DNA of 64,000 bases from an uncultured Candidatus Saccharibacteria bacterium (GTDB taxonomy: Bacteria; Patescibacteriota; Saccharimonadia; UBA4664; CAZJNH01): assembly GCA_964547425.1 (NCBI GenBank), contig CAZJNH010000006.1, positions 6,095 through 70,094 of the forward strand. The letters run 5' to 3'. The number at the start of each line of letters is the position of its first letter. Position 1 is the first letter of the stretch. The position numbers and the translations under genes are program-made. Positions 54,166 through 64,000 of the stretch are shown here, piece by piece. The notes under the pieces were generated by a model. That model was given only the letters and a program-made list of their open reading frames with translations. It did not search any database and was not told the DNA's origin.

Positions 54166-57100
54166 CTATTTTACAGATTTAGCGGCTTTTTTCAACGGTT
54201 TAGCCGCTTCCTCGGCCACCGGCTCTTTAAACCCGGTCCCTACAGGGATCAATCGGCCGATGATCACGTTCTCTTTTAGGCCGCGCAGTTTGTCGGTTTT
54301 GCCGCGGATGGCAGCGCTGATTAACACTCTTGTAGTGTCCTGGAAACTGGCGGCGGAAAGGAACGAGTCACTTGAGGTCGCAATCTTGGTAATCGATAGC
54401 AGCAGCTGGTGGTAGGTAGCTGGCGCTTTGCCGGCCTCCTCTAGCTCACGGTTGTCTTCGATGACACCGATTTTTGAAACGATGTCGCCGGTCACAAACA
54501 GGCTGTCACCGGGCTCTTCGATTTGGACTCGCGAGAACATCTGGCGAATGATGATCTCGATGTGTTTGTCGGCGATGGCTTGGCCCTGCGAAGAGTAGAT
54601 CGACTGGACCTCGGCTACGATGTAGCGCTGGACCGCGGCTTCGCCTAGGAGCGTCAGCATTTCCTGCAGGTTAATCGAACCTTCGGTTAGGCGCTGGCCC
54701 TTTTTGACCAAATCGCCGTCTTTGACTTCGAGGTCGAAGAATCCTGGGACACTGTATTCCTTAACGTTTTCACCTTCGTGGAACAGCAAGATCTTGTCTT
54801 TTTTAACTTCAACCCGGCCTTCGGCTTTAGCCTTAATCGGCTTGCCCTCGCCCTCGGCGATAATGTCTTTGGGCATCACGGTATCACCTGTTTTAACGGT
54901 CGCTTTGTGGCCATCGAGTTCGTATTCGGTAACCTTTAGATCCGGCGGGACGATGCGAATCAGGTGTTTGCCGGTTAACTGGGTAACCTGAATCACGCCG
55001 TCGATTTCGGCTAGGACCGCTTGTCCCTTCGGCGCGCGGGCTTCAAAGATTTCCTCAACCCGAGGCAGACCGGAGGTGATATCCTCACCGGCGACGCCGC
55101 CTTTGTGGAAGGTTTTCATAGTTAGCTGGGTTCCCGGCTCACCGATTGATTGGGCGGCGATAACACCAACCGGCTCGCCCAAGCGGACGCCTTGCCCGCG
55201 GGCGAGGTCAACTCCGTAGCAGAGTTGGCAAACGCCCCAAACGGCCTGGCAAGACAAAACGTTACGGACTTTGACTTGGTCGACGCCGGAGCCTTCAATG
55301 TTAGCGGCAATATCATCGGTAATTAACTGGTTGCGTTTGACGATTACCTTGCCTTTAGCATCTTTGACCTCGGAACCAGCTACTCGGCCGGCCAAGCGGT
55401 AGGCAAAGGATTCGCCGATGCTTTCGGATTCGGCCCGGGAAAGCGTGGCGCCTTTTTTGTCGCCGCAGTCAGCAACGGTGACGATAACGTCTTGGGCGAC
55501 GTCAACCAACCGGCGGGTCAAATACCCTGACTCGGCGGTTTTTAGGGCGGTGTCGGTTAGACCCTTACGGGCACCGTGGGTCGAGTTGAAGTACTCCAGC
55601 ACCGAGAAACCTTCTTTGTAGTTGGATTTAATCGGCAGCTCAATTACTTTTCCGGACGGGTCGGACACGAGGCCCAACATTCCGGCGATCTGGTTCACCT
55701 GCTCGATGTCACCGTGGGCGGCGGAGTCAATAATGACCGAGGTCGAATTGGTTTGGTGCTTCAAGGTATCTTCGAGGGATTCACGGACCTTGCGGTTAGC
55801 TTCCTGCCACAGATCAACGGTGCGCTGGTAGCGTTCCTCGTCGGTAATTAAACCTTGCTGGTATTGCAGGGAAACTTCGATCGCCTTGTCCTCGCTGTCG
55901 GCCAGGATCTTGGCTTTGTCGGCCGGAGTAGTAAAGTCGTCGAGGCTAATTGAAAGCCCTGACTTGGTAGCGTAGCGGAAACCGAGGCCCTTGATGTCGT
56001 CAACCACCTGGGCGGTCGCCGGCGCACCAAAGCGCACGAAAACTTCGGCCACCAACTGTTGCAAGGCCTTTTTGTTCATCGCCTGGTTGCGGTAACCGAA
56101 GCCTTCGGGCAGAATTTCATTAAAGAGGATCCGGCCGGCGGTGGTAACGACTCGTTCACCCTCGATTTCAACTTCGATCCGGTTTTGCAGTTTAATGACA
56201 CGGGAGTCGTAGGCGTAAATCGCTTCCGACGGCGCGTTAAAGTATTTAACCGGCTTTTCTTCCTGATATTTTTCGTAGGTCAGATAGTAGGCACCCAAGA
56301 CCATGTCTTTGGATGGGTTGATGACTGGTTCACCACTAGCGGGCTTCAGCAGGTTATGGGTGGCTAGCATTATCTCGCGGGCCTCTTTTTGGGCGGCTTC
56401 CGAAAGCGGTACGTGGACCGCCATTTGGTCACCGTCAAAGTCGGCGTTAAAGGCGTAACAAACCAGCGGGTGCAGCTGAATAGCTTTACCTTCGATTAGC
56501 ACCGGCTGGAAGGCCTGGATACCGAGACGGTGAAGGGTTGGGGCACGGTTAAGTAAGACATATTTGTCCTTGATGATCTCTTCCAAGGTGTCCCACACTT
56601 CGTTGCGGCCGCGTTCGATCATTCTTGAGGCGCTTCTGACGTTGTGGGCGAAGCCGCCGTCGATTAATCGGCCAATGATGAACGGCTTGAATAGTTCAAG
56701 CGCCATCATCTTGGGCAGTCCACATTGGTAAAGTTTGAGCTCCGGACCGGATACAATTACCGAGCGGCCGGAGTAGTCGACGCGTTTACCCAGCAGGTTT
56801 TGGCGGAAACGGCCCTGCTTGCCTTTTAGCATGTCAGAAAGACTGCGCAGCTTGCGGCGGCCGCCGGTTGAAGCAGATACGGCGCGTTCGCGGCGTGCGT
56901 TGTTGTCGATTAAGGCATCAACCGCTTCTTGGAGCATCCGCTTCTCGTTACGTTTAATCACCTCAGGTGCATCCAGTTCGATTAGGCGCTTGAGACGGTT
57001 ATTACGGTTGATGACTCGGCGGTAAAGGTCGTTTAAGTCGGACGCGGCAAAACGGCCGCCGGCCAGCTGCACCATCGGGCGCAGGTCGGGCGGAATTACC

Positions 57101-57969
57101 GGCAGCTGCGAAACGATCATCCACTCGGGACGGATTTCGGCCGATTTCATGCCTTCGAGCATTTTCAGGCGCTTTAAGATTTTGCGCTGGCGCTGGCCTT
57201 GGGCGTCTTTTTCCTCTTCCTGCAGTTCGGCGATCAGTTTGTCCAGGTCAATTTCGGTCAATAGCTGCAAGACGGCTTCGGCGCCGATTGAGGCGCGGAA
57301 CAGGTCGCCGTACTTTAAGTTCAAGTCGCGGTATTTGGATTCAGAAAGTAGCTGCAAACGGGCCAAGGTGTCGATCTCGCCCCGGGCGGCGCTGTAGTTT
57401 GCCTCAAGATCGGCCAACTCCTGGTCGCGGGCGGCCGGATCGGCGGCCTCTTTGCCGTGCTTCTTTTTGATGTCGTCCTGGCGGGTAACGTAATCTTTTT
57501 CCAGCTCGGCCAGGACCTCTTTGCGTTTGTCGTCGTTAACTTCGGTGACAATGTAGTTGGCGAAGTAAACCACGCGCTCAAGGTCGCGAATGGTCATGTT
57601 GAGGATAGTACCGATAGAAGAAGGCGTACCGCGCAGGAACCAGATGTGGGTTACCGGAACGGCCAGGCCGATGTGGCCCATGCGCTCTCGGCGAACGATA
57701 CTGCGGGTGACTTTGACGCCACACTTGTCACAAACTACGTCCTTATAACGGATCCGCTTGTACTTACCGCAGTAGCACTCCCAGTCCTTGGTCGGGCCGA
57801 AAATCCTTTCACAGAATAAGCCATCTTTTTCCGGCTTTTGGGTGCGGTAGTTGATGGTTTCAGGTTTAGTGACTTCGCCGTGGCTCCAGTCGAGGATATG
57901 GTCCGGCGAGGCGAGTGCCAGGCGGACACCGTCAAACTCTGAAGTTGGTTGGTCGTGTAGGTTTAACAT
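54166..57969 (-). CDS. rpoC: DNA-directed RNA polymerase beta' subunit
   Basis: 1267 aa; NADFDGD catalytic motif. Confidence 0.97.
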   Translation of the reverse strand: MLNLHDQPTSEFDGVRLALASPDHILDWSHGEVTKPETINYRTQKPEKDGLFCERIFGPTKDWECYCGKYKRIRYKDVVCDKCGVKVTRSIVRRERMGHIGLAVPVTHIWFLRGTPSSIGTILNMTIRDLERVVYFANYIVTEVNDDKRKEVLAELEKDYVTRQDDIKKKHGKEAADPAARDQELADLEANYSAARGEIDTLARLQLLSESKYRDLNLKYGDLFRASIGAEAVLQLLTEIDLDKLIAELQEEEKDAQGQRQRKILKRLKMLEGMKSAEIRPEWMIVSQLPVIPPDLRPMVQLAGGRFAASDLNDLYRRVINRNNRLKRLIELDAPEVIKRNEKRMLQEAVDALIDNNARRERAVSASTGGRRKLRSLSDMLKGKQGRFRQNLLGKRVDYSGRSVIVSGPELKLYQCGLPKMMALELFKPFIIGRLIDGGFAHNVRSASRMIERGRNEVWDTLEEIIKDKYVLLNRAPTLHRLGIQAFQPVLIEGKAIQLHPLVCYAFNADFDGDQMAVHVPLSEAAQKEAREIMLATHNLLKPASGEPVINPSKDMVLGAYYLTYEKYQEEKPVKYFNAPSEAIYAYDSRVIKLQNRIEVEIEGERVVTTAGRILFNEILPEGFGYRNQAMNKKALQQLVAEVFVRFGAPATAQVVDDIKGLGFRYATKSGLSISLDDFTTPADKAKILADSEDKAIEVSLQYQQGLITDEERYQRTVDLWQEANRKVRESLEDTLKHQTNSTSVIIDSAAHGDIEQVNQIAGMLGLVSDPSGKVIELPIKSNYKEGFSVLEYFNSTHGARKGLTDTALKTAESGYLTRRLVDVAQDVIVTVADCGDKKGATLSRAESESIGESFAYRLAGRVAGSEVKDAKGKVIVKRNQLITDDIAANIEGSGVDQVKVRNVLSCQAVWGVCQLCYGVDLARGQGVRLGEPVGVIAAQSIGEPGTQLTMKTFHKGGVAGEDITSGLPRVEEIFEARAPKGQAVLAEIDGVIQVTQLTGKHLIRIVPPDLKVTEYELDGHKATVKTGDTVMPKDIIAEGEGKPIKAKAEGRVEVKKDKILLFHEGENVKEYSVPGFFDLEVKDGDLVKKGQRLTEGSINLQEMLTLLGEAAVQRYIVAEVQSIYSSQGQAIADKHIEIIIRQMFSRVQIEEPGDSLFVTGDIVSKIGVIEDNRELEEAGKAPATYHQLLLSITKIATSSDSFLSAASFQDTTRVLISAAIRGKTDKLRGLKENVIIGRLIPVGTGFKEPVAEEAAKPLKKAAKSVK

Positions 57970-60900
57970 TACTCTTTCACCTCCGCTTCGGCGGCCGCGG
58001 GTTGGACTTCATCCTCACTGGCTAGATCAACCAGCGGCATATCGGCTACCACCGCTTCGCCTTGAACTAATTTTTCTTCTCCGAGATCGGTGACGTCCTC
58101 CTCAAGCTGGGAGGCGATTACGTGTTCCGCGTCGACTTCACCTTCGGGAGCATCGGGTTTGACCAGTTCAACCCCCAGGGTCAAACTTTGCAGTTCCTTC
58201 ACTAACACATTGAAGGATTCGGGAATGCGCGGGCCGCGGATAGGCTCGTTTTTGATAATCGATTCGTAGGCTTTGGACCGTCCCACGACGTCGTCGGATT
58301 TGATCGTTAAGATTTCCTGCAAGGTGTAAGACGCGCCGTATGCCTCAAGCGCCCAGACCTCCATTTCGCCGAAGCGCTGGCCGCCCATTTGGGCCTTACC
58401 ACCCAGCGGCTGCTGGGTGACCATAGCGTACGGGCCGGTTGAGCGGGCATGAATCTTGTCGTCAACCATATGCTGGAGTTTGAGCATGTATTTAATACCG
58501 ACGGTGGTTTTTTCCTGGAAAGGTTCGCCGGACAGGCCATCGTAAAGCTGGACCTTGCCGTCTTCGGGCAAGCCGGCTTTTTTCATTTCGCCTTTAATTT
58601 GCTCGATGGTGACACCGTCAAACACCGGCGAAGCCACCTTGTAGCCCAAGGCTTGAGCGGCCCAACCGAGGTGGGTTTCAAAGATTTGGCCGATGTTCAT
58701 CCGGGCGCCAACGCCGAGCGGGTTCAAAATAATATCAATCGGTGTGCCGTCTTCCAGATATGGCATGTCTTCCATCGGCAGAATCCGGGCAATTACGCCC
58801 TTGTTGCCGTGGCGGCCGGCCATTTTGTCACCAACGGCGACTTTGCGCATTTGGGCGACCGAAACCGACAGCTGTTCGATTACGCCGGCCGGCAGCTCGT
58901 CGCCTTTTTCGCGGGAAAGTACCTTAACGCCAACCACTTTGCCGCGCTCGCCGTTGGGCATGCGCAGCGAGGTGTCTTTAACATCGCGGGCTTTTTCGCC
59001 GAAGATAGCGCGGAGCAGTTTTTCTTCACTGGATAGTTCCTGCTCGCCTTTAGGTGTAATTTTGCCAACCAAAATGTCACCGGCCGAGACTTCGGCGCCA
59101 ATGCGCACGACGCCGGTTTCATCGAGGTCTTTGAGTGAGTCTTCGGATACGTTCGGAATATCGCGGGTAATCACCTCTGGCCCCAGTTTGGTGTCGCGAA
59201 CATCAACCGGGTAGGTTTCGATGTGGATCGAGGTGAAGGTATCGTTCGAAACCAAACGGCGGGAGATAACGATAGCGTCTTCAAAGTTGTAGCCGCCCCA
59301 GTTCATAAAGGCCGCCAAAACGTTTTGGCCTAGAGCCAATTCACCGTTCTGGGTCGACATGCCGTCGATTAAGACATCGCCTTTTTTGACGTTTTGGCCG
59401 CTGTCGGCCACTACCTTTTGGTGGACGGCGGTTTGCTGGTTGGTCCGGACGAAGGTTTCGGTTTTGTAGGATTTAGTGCCGGTTTTGTAGGTCACAACCA
59501 CTTCATCGGCGGTGGCTTTGTCGACTTTACCGTCGGCCTCAGCGCGAATAACCTGGCCGGAGTTGTCGGCCAGCATTTTTTCGATACCGGTCCCAACTAC
59601 AGGTGAATCCGGCACAATCAGTGGCACGGCCTGCTTCTGCATGTTGGCGCCCATTAAGGCTCGCTTGGGGTTGTCGTGCTCAAGGAAAGGAATTAATGAA
59701 GTCGAAACCGAAACGATCTGGCGGGAAGAGACGTCCATATACTGAACGTTGTTAGGGTCCTCTTCTTCGGCTTCACCGCTGCGCCGGGCGGAAACCCGGA
59801 GCTGGGTGAAGTAGCCGCTTTCGTCATAAGGCGTACCGGCCTGGGCGATGACGATGTTTTCCTCGTCGGAAGCGTCAAGATAGACAATTTCGTTTGAAAC
59901 CTTGGCTTTCACCGGCACTGGTTTGGCGAGTTTGTCGAGTCGGGTGACGTGAGCTTGGGTGATTTTGTCACCGGGCGAGACGATTTCTTTGCCTTTGTCG
60001 TCGCGGATAGTCGAGCGAGCGATGTGGCCAACTGCCTTTTTGGCTTCGACTTGGTTGATTACTTTCCGGTAGGGGGTTTCGATAAAGCCATATTCGTTGA
60101 TCTTGGCGTAGCAGGCCAGGTTGGAGACCAAGCCGATGTTCGGTCCTTCAGGAGTTTCAATCGGGCACATCCGGCCGTAGTGGGTTTTGTGGACGTCACG
60201 AACCTCAAAGCCGGCCCGCTCGCGCGACAGACCACCTGGTCCCATAGCGTTTAGGCGGCGTTTGTGGGCGATTTCCGATAGAGGATTAACCTGGTCCATA
60301 AACTGACTCAATTGGGAGCTGGCGAAGAATTCGCGGACGCTGGCAACGATCGGCCGGACGTTGATTAACTGGCCGGGGGTAACGGTTTCGAGCTCATACA
60401 CACTCATCCGATCTTTGACGATCCGCTCCATGCGGACGAGTCCGATGCGAAAGCGGCTTTGGATCAGCTCGCCGACGGTCTTTAGGCGGCGGTTAGCCAG
60501 GTTGTCGATGTCATCTGCCTGGCCGATACCGTTGGAGAGTTTGATAATCTCGGAGACGATAGCGACCAAGTCCTCGCGGCGCAGGACGCGGTGGTCGGCG
60601 TCGTTAGGAACGTTTAGGCTAAGGCGTTTGTTGATCTTGTAGCGGCCAACCTTAGAAAAGTCGTAGCGCTTAAAGTCAAAAAACATGCTTTCAATTAAAG
60701 CTTTGGAGTTTTCGACGGTCGCCAGATCTCCCGGGCGAATCCGGCGGTAAACCTCCATTAGAGCCTCGGCCATGGTCGAGGCCGGGTCTTTTTCGAGAGT
60801 GTTTTTGATTAACGAAGTCTCTTCGGTATCGACTTCTTTGAATAGTTCGAGAATCTCTTGGTCGGTACTGTAACCAAAGGCGCGCAGTAATGTAGTGACC

Positions 60901-61454
60901 GGAAGTTTGCGTTTGCGATCGATTTTTACCGACATAACACCGGCCGAGCTGGTCTCAAGCTCCAGCCAGGCGCCACGGCTCGGTATAACTTTGGCGCCAA
61001 ACAAGTCAACACCACTAGTGCCGTCGACGGTAAAGAATACCCCCGGTGAGCGGACTAATTGAGAAACAACTACGCGCTCAACACCGTTAATAATGAAGGT
61101 TCCGCGCTCGGTCATCCAGGGGTAGTCGCCGAGGAAAACCTCCTGCTTTTTGACTTCGCCGGTTTCTTTGATGATTAATTCAACCTTGGCCTTGAGCGGC
61201 GCCTCATAAGAGGCGTTACGGTCTTTGGCGGTTTGCTGATCGTACTTTGGTTCCTCAAAATGAAAATCTTTGAACGCCAAAGCCAGGTTCTTGCCGGTGA
61301 AATCTTCGATCGGTGAGATTTCGGCAAAAAGCTCGGTTAGGCCCTCGGTGATGAACCACTCGTAGGATTTAGTTTGGATCTCGGTCAGATTGGGCAGCGG
61401 CAACGCTTCGGATGCCGTCCCAAAAAACTTACGCTCGGCCGCGAATTTGGGCAA
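57969..61454 (-). CDS. rpoB: DNA-directed RNA polymerase beta subunit (TTG start)
   Basis: 1161 aa; conserved beta regions. Confidence 0.97.
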   Translation of the reverse strand: MPKFAAERKFFGTASEALPLPNLTEIQTKSYEWFITEGLTELFAEISPIEDFTGKNLALAFKDFHFEEPKYDQQTAKDRNASYEAPLKAKVELIIKETGEVKKQEVFLGDYPWMTERGTFIINGVERVVVSQLVRSPGVFFTVDGTSGVDLFGAKVIPSRGAWLELETSSAGVMSVKIDRKRKLPVTTLLRAFGYSTDQEILELFKEVDTEETSLIKNTLEKDPASTMAEALMEVYRRIRPGDLATVENSKALIESMFFDFKRYDFSKVGRYKINKRLSLNVPNDADHRVLRREDLVAIVSEIIKLSNGIGQADDIDNLANRRLKTVGELIQSRFRIGLVRMERIVKDRMSVYELETVTPGQLINVRPIVASVREFFASSQLSQFMDQVNPLSEIAHKRRLNAMGPGGLSRERAGFEVRDVHKTHYGRMCPIETPEGPNIGLVSNLACYAKINEYGFIETPYRKVINQVEAKKAVGHIARSTIRDDKGKEIVSPGDKITQAHVTRLDKLAKPVPVKAKVSNEIVYLDASDEENIVIAQAGTPYDESGYFTQLRVSARRSGEAEEEDPNNVQYMDVSSRQIVSVSTSLIPFLEHDNPKRALMGANMQKQAVPLIVPDSPVVGTGIEKMLADNSGQVIRAEADGKVDKATADEVVVTYKTGTKSYKTETFVRTNQQTAVHQKVVADSGQNVKKGDVLIDGMSTQNGELALGQNVLAAFMNWGGYNFEDAIVISRRLVSNDTFTSIHIETYPVDVRDTKLGPEVITRDIPNVSEDSLKDLDETGVVRIGAEVSAGDILVGKITPKGEQELSSEEKLLRAIFGEKARDVKDTSLRMPNGERGKVVGVKVLSREKGDELPAGVIEQLSVSVAQMRKVAVGDKMAGRHGNKGVIARILPMEDMPYLEDGTPIDIILNPLGVGARMNIGQIFETHLGWAAQALGYKVASPVFDGVTIEQIKGEMKKAGLPEDGKVQLYDGLSGEPFQEKTTVGIKYMLKLQHMVDDKIHARSTGPYAMVTQQPLGGKAQMGGQRFGEMEVWALEAYGASYTLQEILTIKSDDVVGRSKAYESIIKNEPIRGPRIPESFNVLVKELQSLTLGVELVKPDAPEGEVDAEHVIASQLEEDVTDLGEEKLVQGEAVVADMPLVDLASEDEVQPAAAEAEVKE

Positions 61455-61572
61455 TGTGAACCCCCGCTTAAATCTTATATTTTGTTGTTAGATAATCGCC
61501 GAGGTGTTTCTAAAACACGTAAGACCAGGGCATAAACGCCCTAGCGTATGATTTAAGCATCCTCTGAAGTCA

Positions 61573-61600
61573 ATTTTACGGATTCGCGGCGGACTGTCAA
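61573..61600 (-). promoter_or_regulatory. Promoter for rpoBC
   Basis: minus strand TTGACA-16 nt-TAAAAT; about 110-nt leader with AGGGCgtttatGCCCT and GTGTTTtagaAACAC hairpins. Confidence 0.5.
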
Positions 61601-61660
61601 GTGCTTTTGACGAAATAATTTAGCGCACCTGTCACAAAAATTGTCGCTTCAGCTAAGTTT

Positions 61661-62260
61661 TTACTGTTTGGAGATGATCGAATCGACGATACCGTAGGCT
61701 TTGGATTCGTCGGCGCTCATATAGTAGTCGCGGTCGGTATCTTTGGTAACCTGCTCGAGCGGTTTAGAGGTGTGTTGGGCTAGGATTTCGTCGAGTTTTT
61801 TGCGCATGGCTAGAACTTCGCGGGCGGTGATTTCGATGTCAGCCGGAGCACCTTCGAAACCGGCGGAGCCCTGGTGAATCATCACCTTAGAGTTAGGTAG
61901 TGCCAGCCGTTTACCTTTGGCGCCAGAAGCGAGCAGGACTGCTGCCATACTCATTGCCATACCGACGACAATAGTTGAAACGTCGGGCTTAATCAGATTC
62001 ATCGTGTCGTATATCGCCAGTCCCGCGTAAACTTCACCGCCCGGGGAGTTGATATAGAGTTTGATGTCTTTTTTAGGATCCTCGCTTTCGAGGAATAGCA
62101 TCTGGGCAATTACCAGATTGGCCACGGTTTGGTCTATCGGCGTGCCGAGGAAGATAATCCGGTCTTTGAGTAAGCGTGAATAAATGTCATAGGCGCGCTC
62201 ACCCATACTGGATTTTTCGATAACGGTCGGAATTAGGATTTGGCTCTTTTGATTGCTCAT
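61661..62260 (-). CDS. clpP: ATP-dependent Clp protease proteolytic subunit
   Basis: 199 aa; ClpP family. Confidence 0.95.
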   Translation of the reverse strand: MSNQKSQILIPTVIEKSSMGERAYDIYSRLLKDRIIFLGTPIDQTVANLVIAQMLFLESEDPKKDIKLYINSPGGEVYAGLAIYDTMNLIKPDVSTIVVGMAMSMAAVLLASGAKGKRLALPNSKVMIHQGSAGFEGAPADIEITAREVLAMRKKLDEILAQHTSKPLEQVTKDTDRDYYMSADESKAYGIVDSIISKQ

Positions 62261-63540
62261 TTCTTACCTTCTACATACTCAATTATACGATTTATTACTT
62301 TTTGGCTCATTAAATGGTTGTAAACGCTTTCGCGGCCGTCGGGGGTGTCGAGCTCCTGCTGGATCTTGATGTCGGTGTACTGCGCCTTGAGTTTGGCGAT
62401 CTCGGCGTCCAAATCCTTGGCGCTAAGCGTTAAACCCTCGCTTCGGGCGATTTCACTGAGTAGAATTGCCAGCCTAACCCGTCGTTCGGCCTCCGGCCGT
62501 AATTCCTGCTCGATCACCTCTTCGGATTTACTCGAAAGTTTCAAATACTCTTCCCAGCCCAAGCCGCGGCCTTCGATTTGCTGGCGAAACTCGTCCAGCA
62601 GTTTGTGCTGCTGTTGATGCGTTAATCCAGGAGGCACCTTGAAGTTGCTTTGCTTTAATAGTTCATCCAAAACTTCGCGTTCGTACTGATAGCCAGCTTC
62701 GTCGTCCTTTTGGGCCTTCAGCTTAGAATGCACATCGGCGCGCAGCTCTTTTTCGTCTTTAAACGGGCTAATGGCGGCAATAAATTCGGCGTCGACCTCC
62801 GGCAGGTTAATCTGCCAAACGGCGTTAACTTTGACCGCGAAATGCAGAGTTTTGCCAGCAACTTGTTGGTCGTGATAGTTCTCCGGCATTTTAATGTCAA
62901 ACTCGGTTTCGGAGTCGGCGGTCTTGCCAAGCAAATGCTCCTCAAATCCAGGTACTAGCCGACCCGCGCCCAAGCGGGCGCTGAAGTTCTGGGCGGAGGC
63001 TTGCGTAAGTTCCTGGCCGTTTTGGCTGCCTTTGAAGTCCATAGTAACCTCGTCGCCCTGCTCGGCGCCGCCTTTTTTGACCATTCGCGAGGCTTGTCGG
63101 TAACGCAAGTCCTCAATTACCTGATCGACCTCCTTATTATCAACGCTAACTTGCGGGCGTTTGAGGTTGATTTTTTTGTAGTTCGGCAGCTTTACTTCCG
63201 GCAGGACCTCGACTTTAGCGGTGTATTCCAGCTCGGAATAAGGCACGAATTTCTGAAGTGTGACCTCAGGATGCGCGACAACCTGAAGACCAAGATCCTG
63301 GATCGCCTTGGAGTAGCTGGCAACCGTCGCTGCTTCGATTACCTCCTGCTGAACGTAGTTGTTGCCTAGCTCGCGCTCAACAATAGAGTCCGGCGCTTTT
63401 CCCGGGCGAAACCCGGCGGCCTTGACCTTAGGGCGAAGTTTTTCAAAAACCTGCTTAACTACCGGCCTTAGCTCGGATTCAGGACAACTAACCTGGATAA
63501 TAACTTCGGTTTCATCTTTAGTTTTGATCGATGATGGCAT
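62257..63540 (-). CDS. tig: Trigger factor
   Basis: 427 aa; N-terminal GFRPGKAP ribosome-binding signature. Confidence 0.9.
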   Translation of the reverse strand: MPSSIKTKDETEVIIQVSCPESELRPVVKQVFEKLRPKVKAAGFRPGKAPDSIVERELGNNYVQQEVIEAATVASYSKAIQDLGLQVVAHPEVTLQKFVPYSELEYTAKVEVLPEVKLPNYKKINLKRPQVSVDNKEVDQVIEDLRYRQASRMVKKGGAEQGDEVTMDFKGSQNGQELTQASAQNFSARLGAGRLVPGFEEHLLGKTADSETEFDIKMPENYHDQQVAGKTLHFAVKVNAVWQINLPEVDAEFIAAISPFKDEKELRADVHSKLKAQKDDEAGYQYEREVLDELLKQSNFKVPPGLTHQQQHKLLDEFRQQIEGRGLGWEEYLKLSSKSEEVIEQELRPEAERRVRLAILLSEIARSEGLTLSAKDLDAEIAKLKAQYTDIKIQQELDTPDGRESVYNHLMSQKVINRIIEYVEGKK

Positions 63541-63614
63541 TGAAAACTCTAATTACGAACGGCAATTTTAGCAAAAAATCACTTATGCTGCCAGCATAAG
63601 CGCGGTAATAGTAA

Positions 63615-63649
63615 AGAGCCGGCCATCATCGATGTGGCCGGCTCTTTTT
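63615..63649. terminator. Intrinsic terminator-like hairpin
   Basis: AGAGCCGGCC-atcatcgatgt-GGCCGGCTCT followed by TTTTT on the plus strand; lies between the 63682 gene and tig. Confidence 0.5.
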
Positions 63650-63681
63650 CGAACCTCGACCCGCTCCCCGCAAGTCGAGAT

Positions 63682-63978
63682 CTAGTAATACCGCATCTGC
63701 TGGCTGACCGTCTCATGGACGCGGCCGAAGCCGTTCAGCTGGCTGGCGATCTGGGCATCCGTGAAGTCGATCACGTAATCCTGGTCTTTGACCGGGAGTG
63801 CGAGGCCCAACGCTGTGGCAGCGATGATCTGCTGCTCCGGCGTAAGAGGGAAAGGTGTGCAGTCTCCGCAACTGGCCATAACGGGGATGCGCTCCACGTT
63901 ATTCCGGTCAAATTTGCGGATGACATCGGCCGGTCGGTCGCAGCCACACATCACACCAAACAAGACTTGTGTTGTCAC
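63682..63978 (-). CDS. Cys-rich hypothetical protein
   Basis: 98 aa; CGC…SCGDC motifs; GGAGG RBS. Confidence 0.45.
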   Translation of the reverse strand: MTTQVLFGVMCGCDRPADVIRKFDRNNVERIPVMASCGDCTPFPLTPEQQIIAATALGLALPVKDQDYVIDFTDAQIASQLNGFGRVHETVSQQMRYY

Positions 63979-64000
63979 GGTTACCTCCAGAGGGAGATGC

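Noticed and set aside
63541-63660. Possible plus-strand small RNA ending at the 63615..63649 terminator
   Set aside because: The hairpin has a plus-strand T-run, but I could not find a convincing upstream plus-strand promoter. It may simply be a bidirectional or inverted terminator for the 63682 gene.
1-64000. CRISPR arrays, cas genes, transposases, integrases, tRNA and rRNA genes
   Set aside because: No regularly spaced direct repeats, no recognisable cas, transposase or recombinase ORFs, and no cloverleaf-like or rRNA-like intergenic segments were found; the repeats present are dispersed singletons of the two families described.

Overview
This is a 64 kb bacterial chromosomal window of roughly 55% GC, dominated by the translation and transcription core, almost all of it on the minus strand. 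The core genes run tig-clpP / rpoB-rpoC-rpsL-rpsG / fusA / tuf-rpsJ / rplC…rplO-secY / infA-rpmJ-rpsM-rpsK-rpsD-rpoA-rplQ-rplM-rpsI. The usually contiguous str, S10, spc and alpha clusters are cut into pieces by non-ribosomal blocks: 5.4 kb between rpsG and fusA, 6.3 kb between fusA and tuf, 18.5 kb between rpsJ and rplC, and 4.8 kb between secY and infA. rpmD (L30) is absent between rpsE and rplO, and adk/map are missing after secY. Several r-proteins carry Lys/Ala-rich tails. Together with the small secreted cell-wall hydrolases this reads like a streamlined CPR/Patescibacteria-like (possibly Saccharibacteria-like) organism, but that is an inference from gene content only. The inserted blocks carry several distinct units. 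(1) A secreted-protein cluster with CHAP and M23 peptidoglycan hydrolases fused to propeller/lectin-like repeats. (2) A defense-like island with an SF1B helicase, a Cys4 PD-(D/E)XK-like nuclease, a YegP-like protein, and a convergent DNA methyltransferase plus small putative restriction endonuclease. (3) A cluster of small ORFs with duplicated promoter-leader modules, recurring twin stem-loops and a cold-shock-domain-like protein. (4) A nucleotide-housekeeping group (HAD, two Nudix, PPC/DUF296). (5) An HD-hydrolase plus DEDDh-exonuclease cassette flanked by 31-nt hairpin repeats. (6) purB-purC. (7) An orphan promoter-to-terminator unit of about 0.5 kb with no convincing ORF, a candidate ncRNA. 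There are two dispersed intergenic repeat families: a 57-nt palindromic element with compensatory stem changes (4 copies) and an 80-nt element (2 copies) sharing a TTTGACTCAA core that also occurs twice upstream of a small-protein operon. I found no rRNA, tRNA, CRISPR array, transposase or integrase. All calls are from reading the sequence and the ORF translations; no database searches were run.
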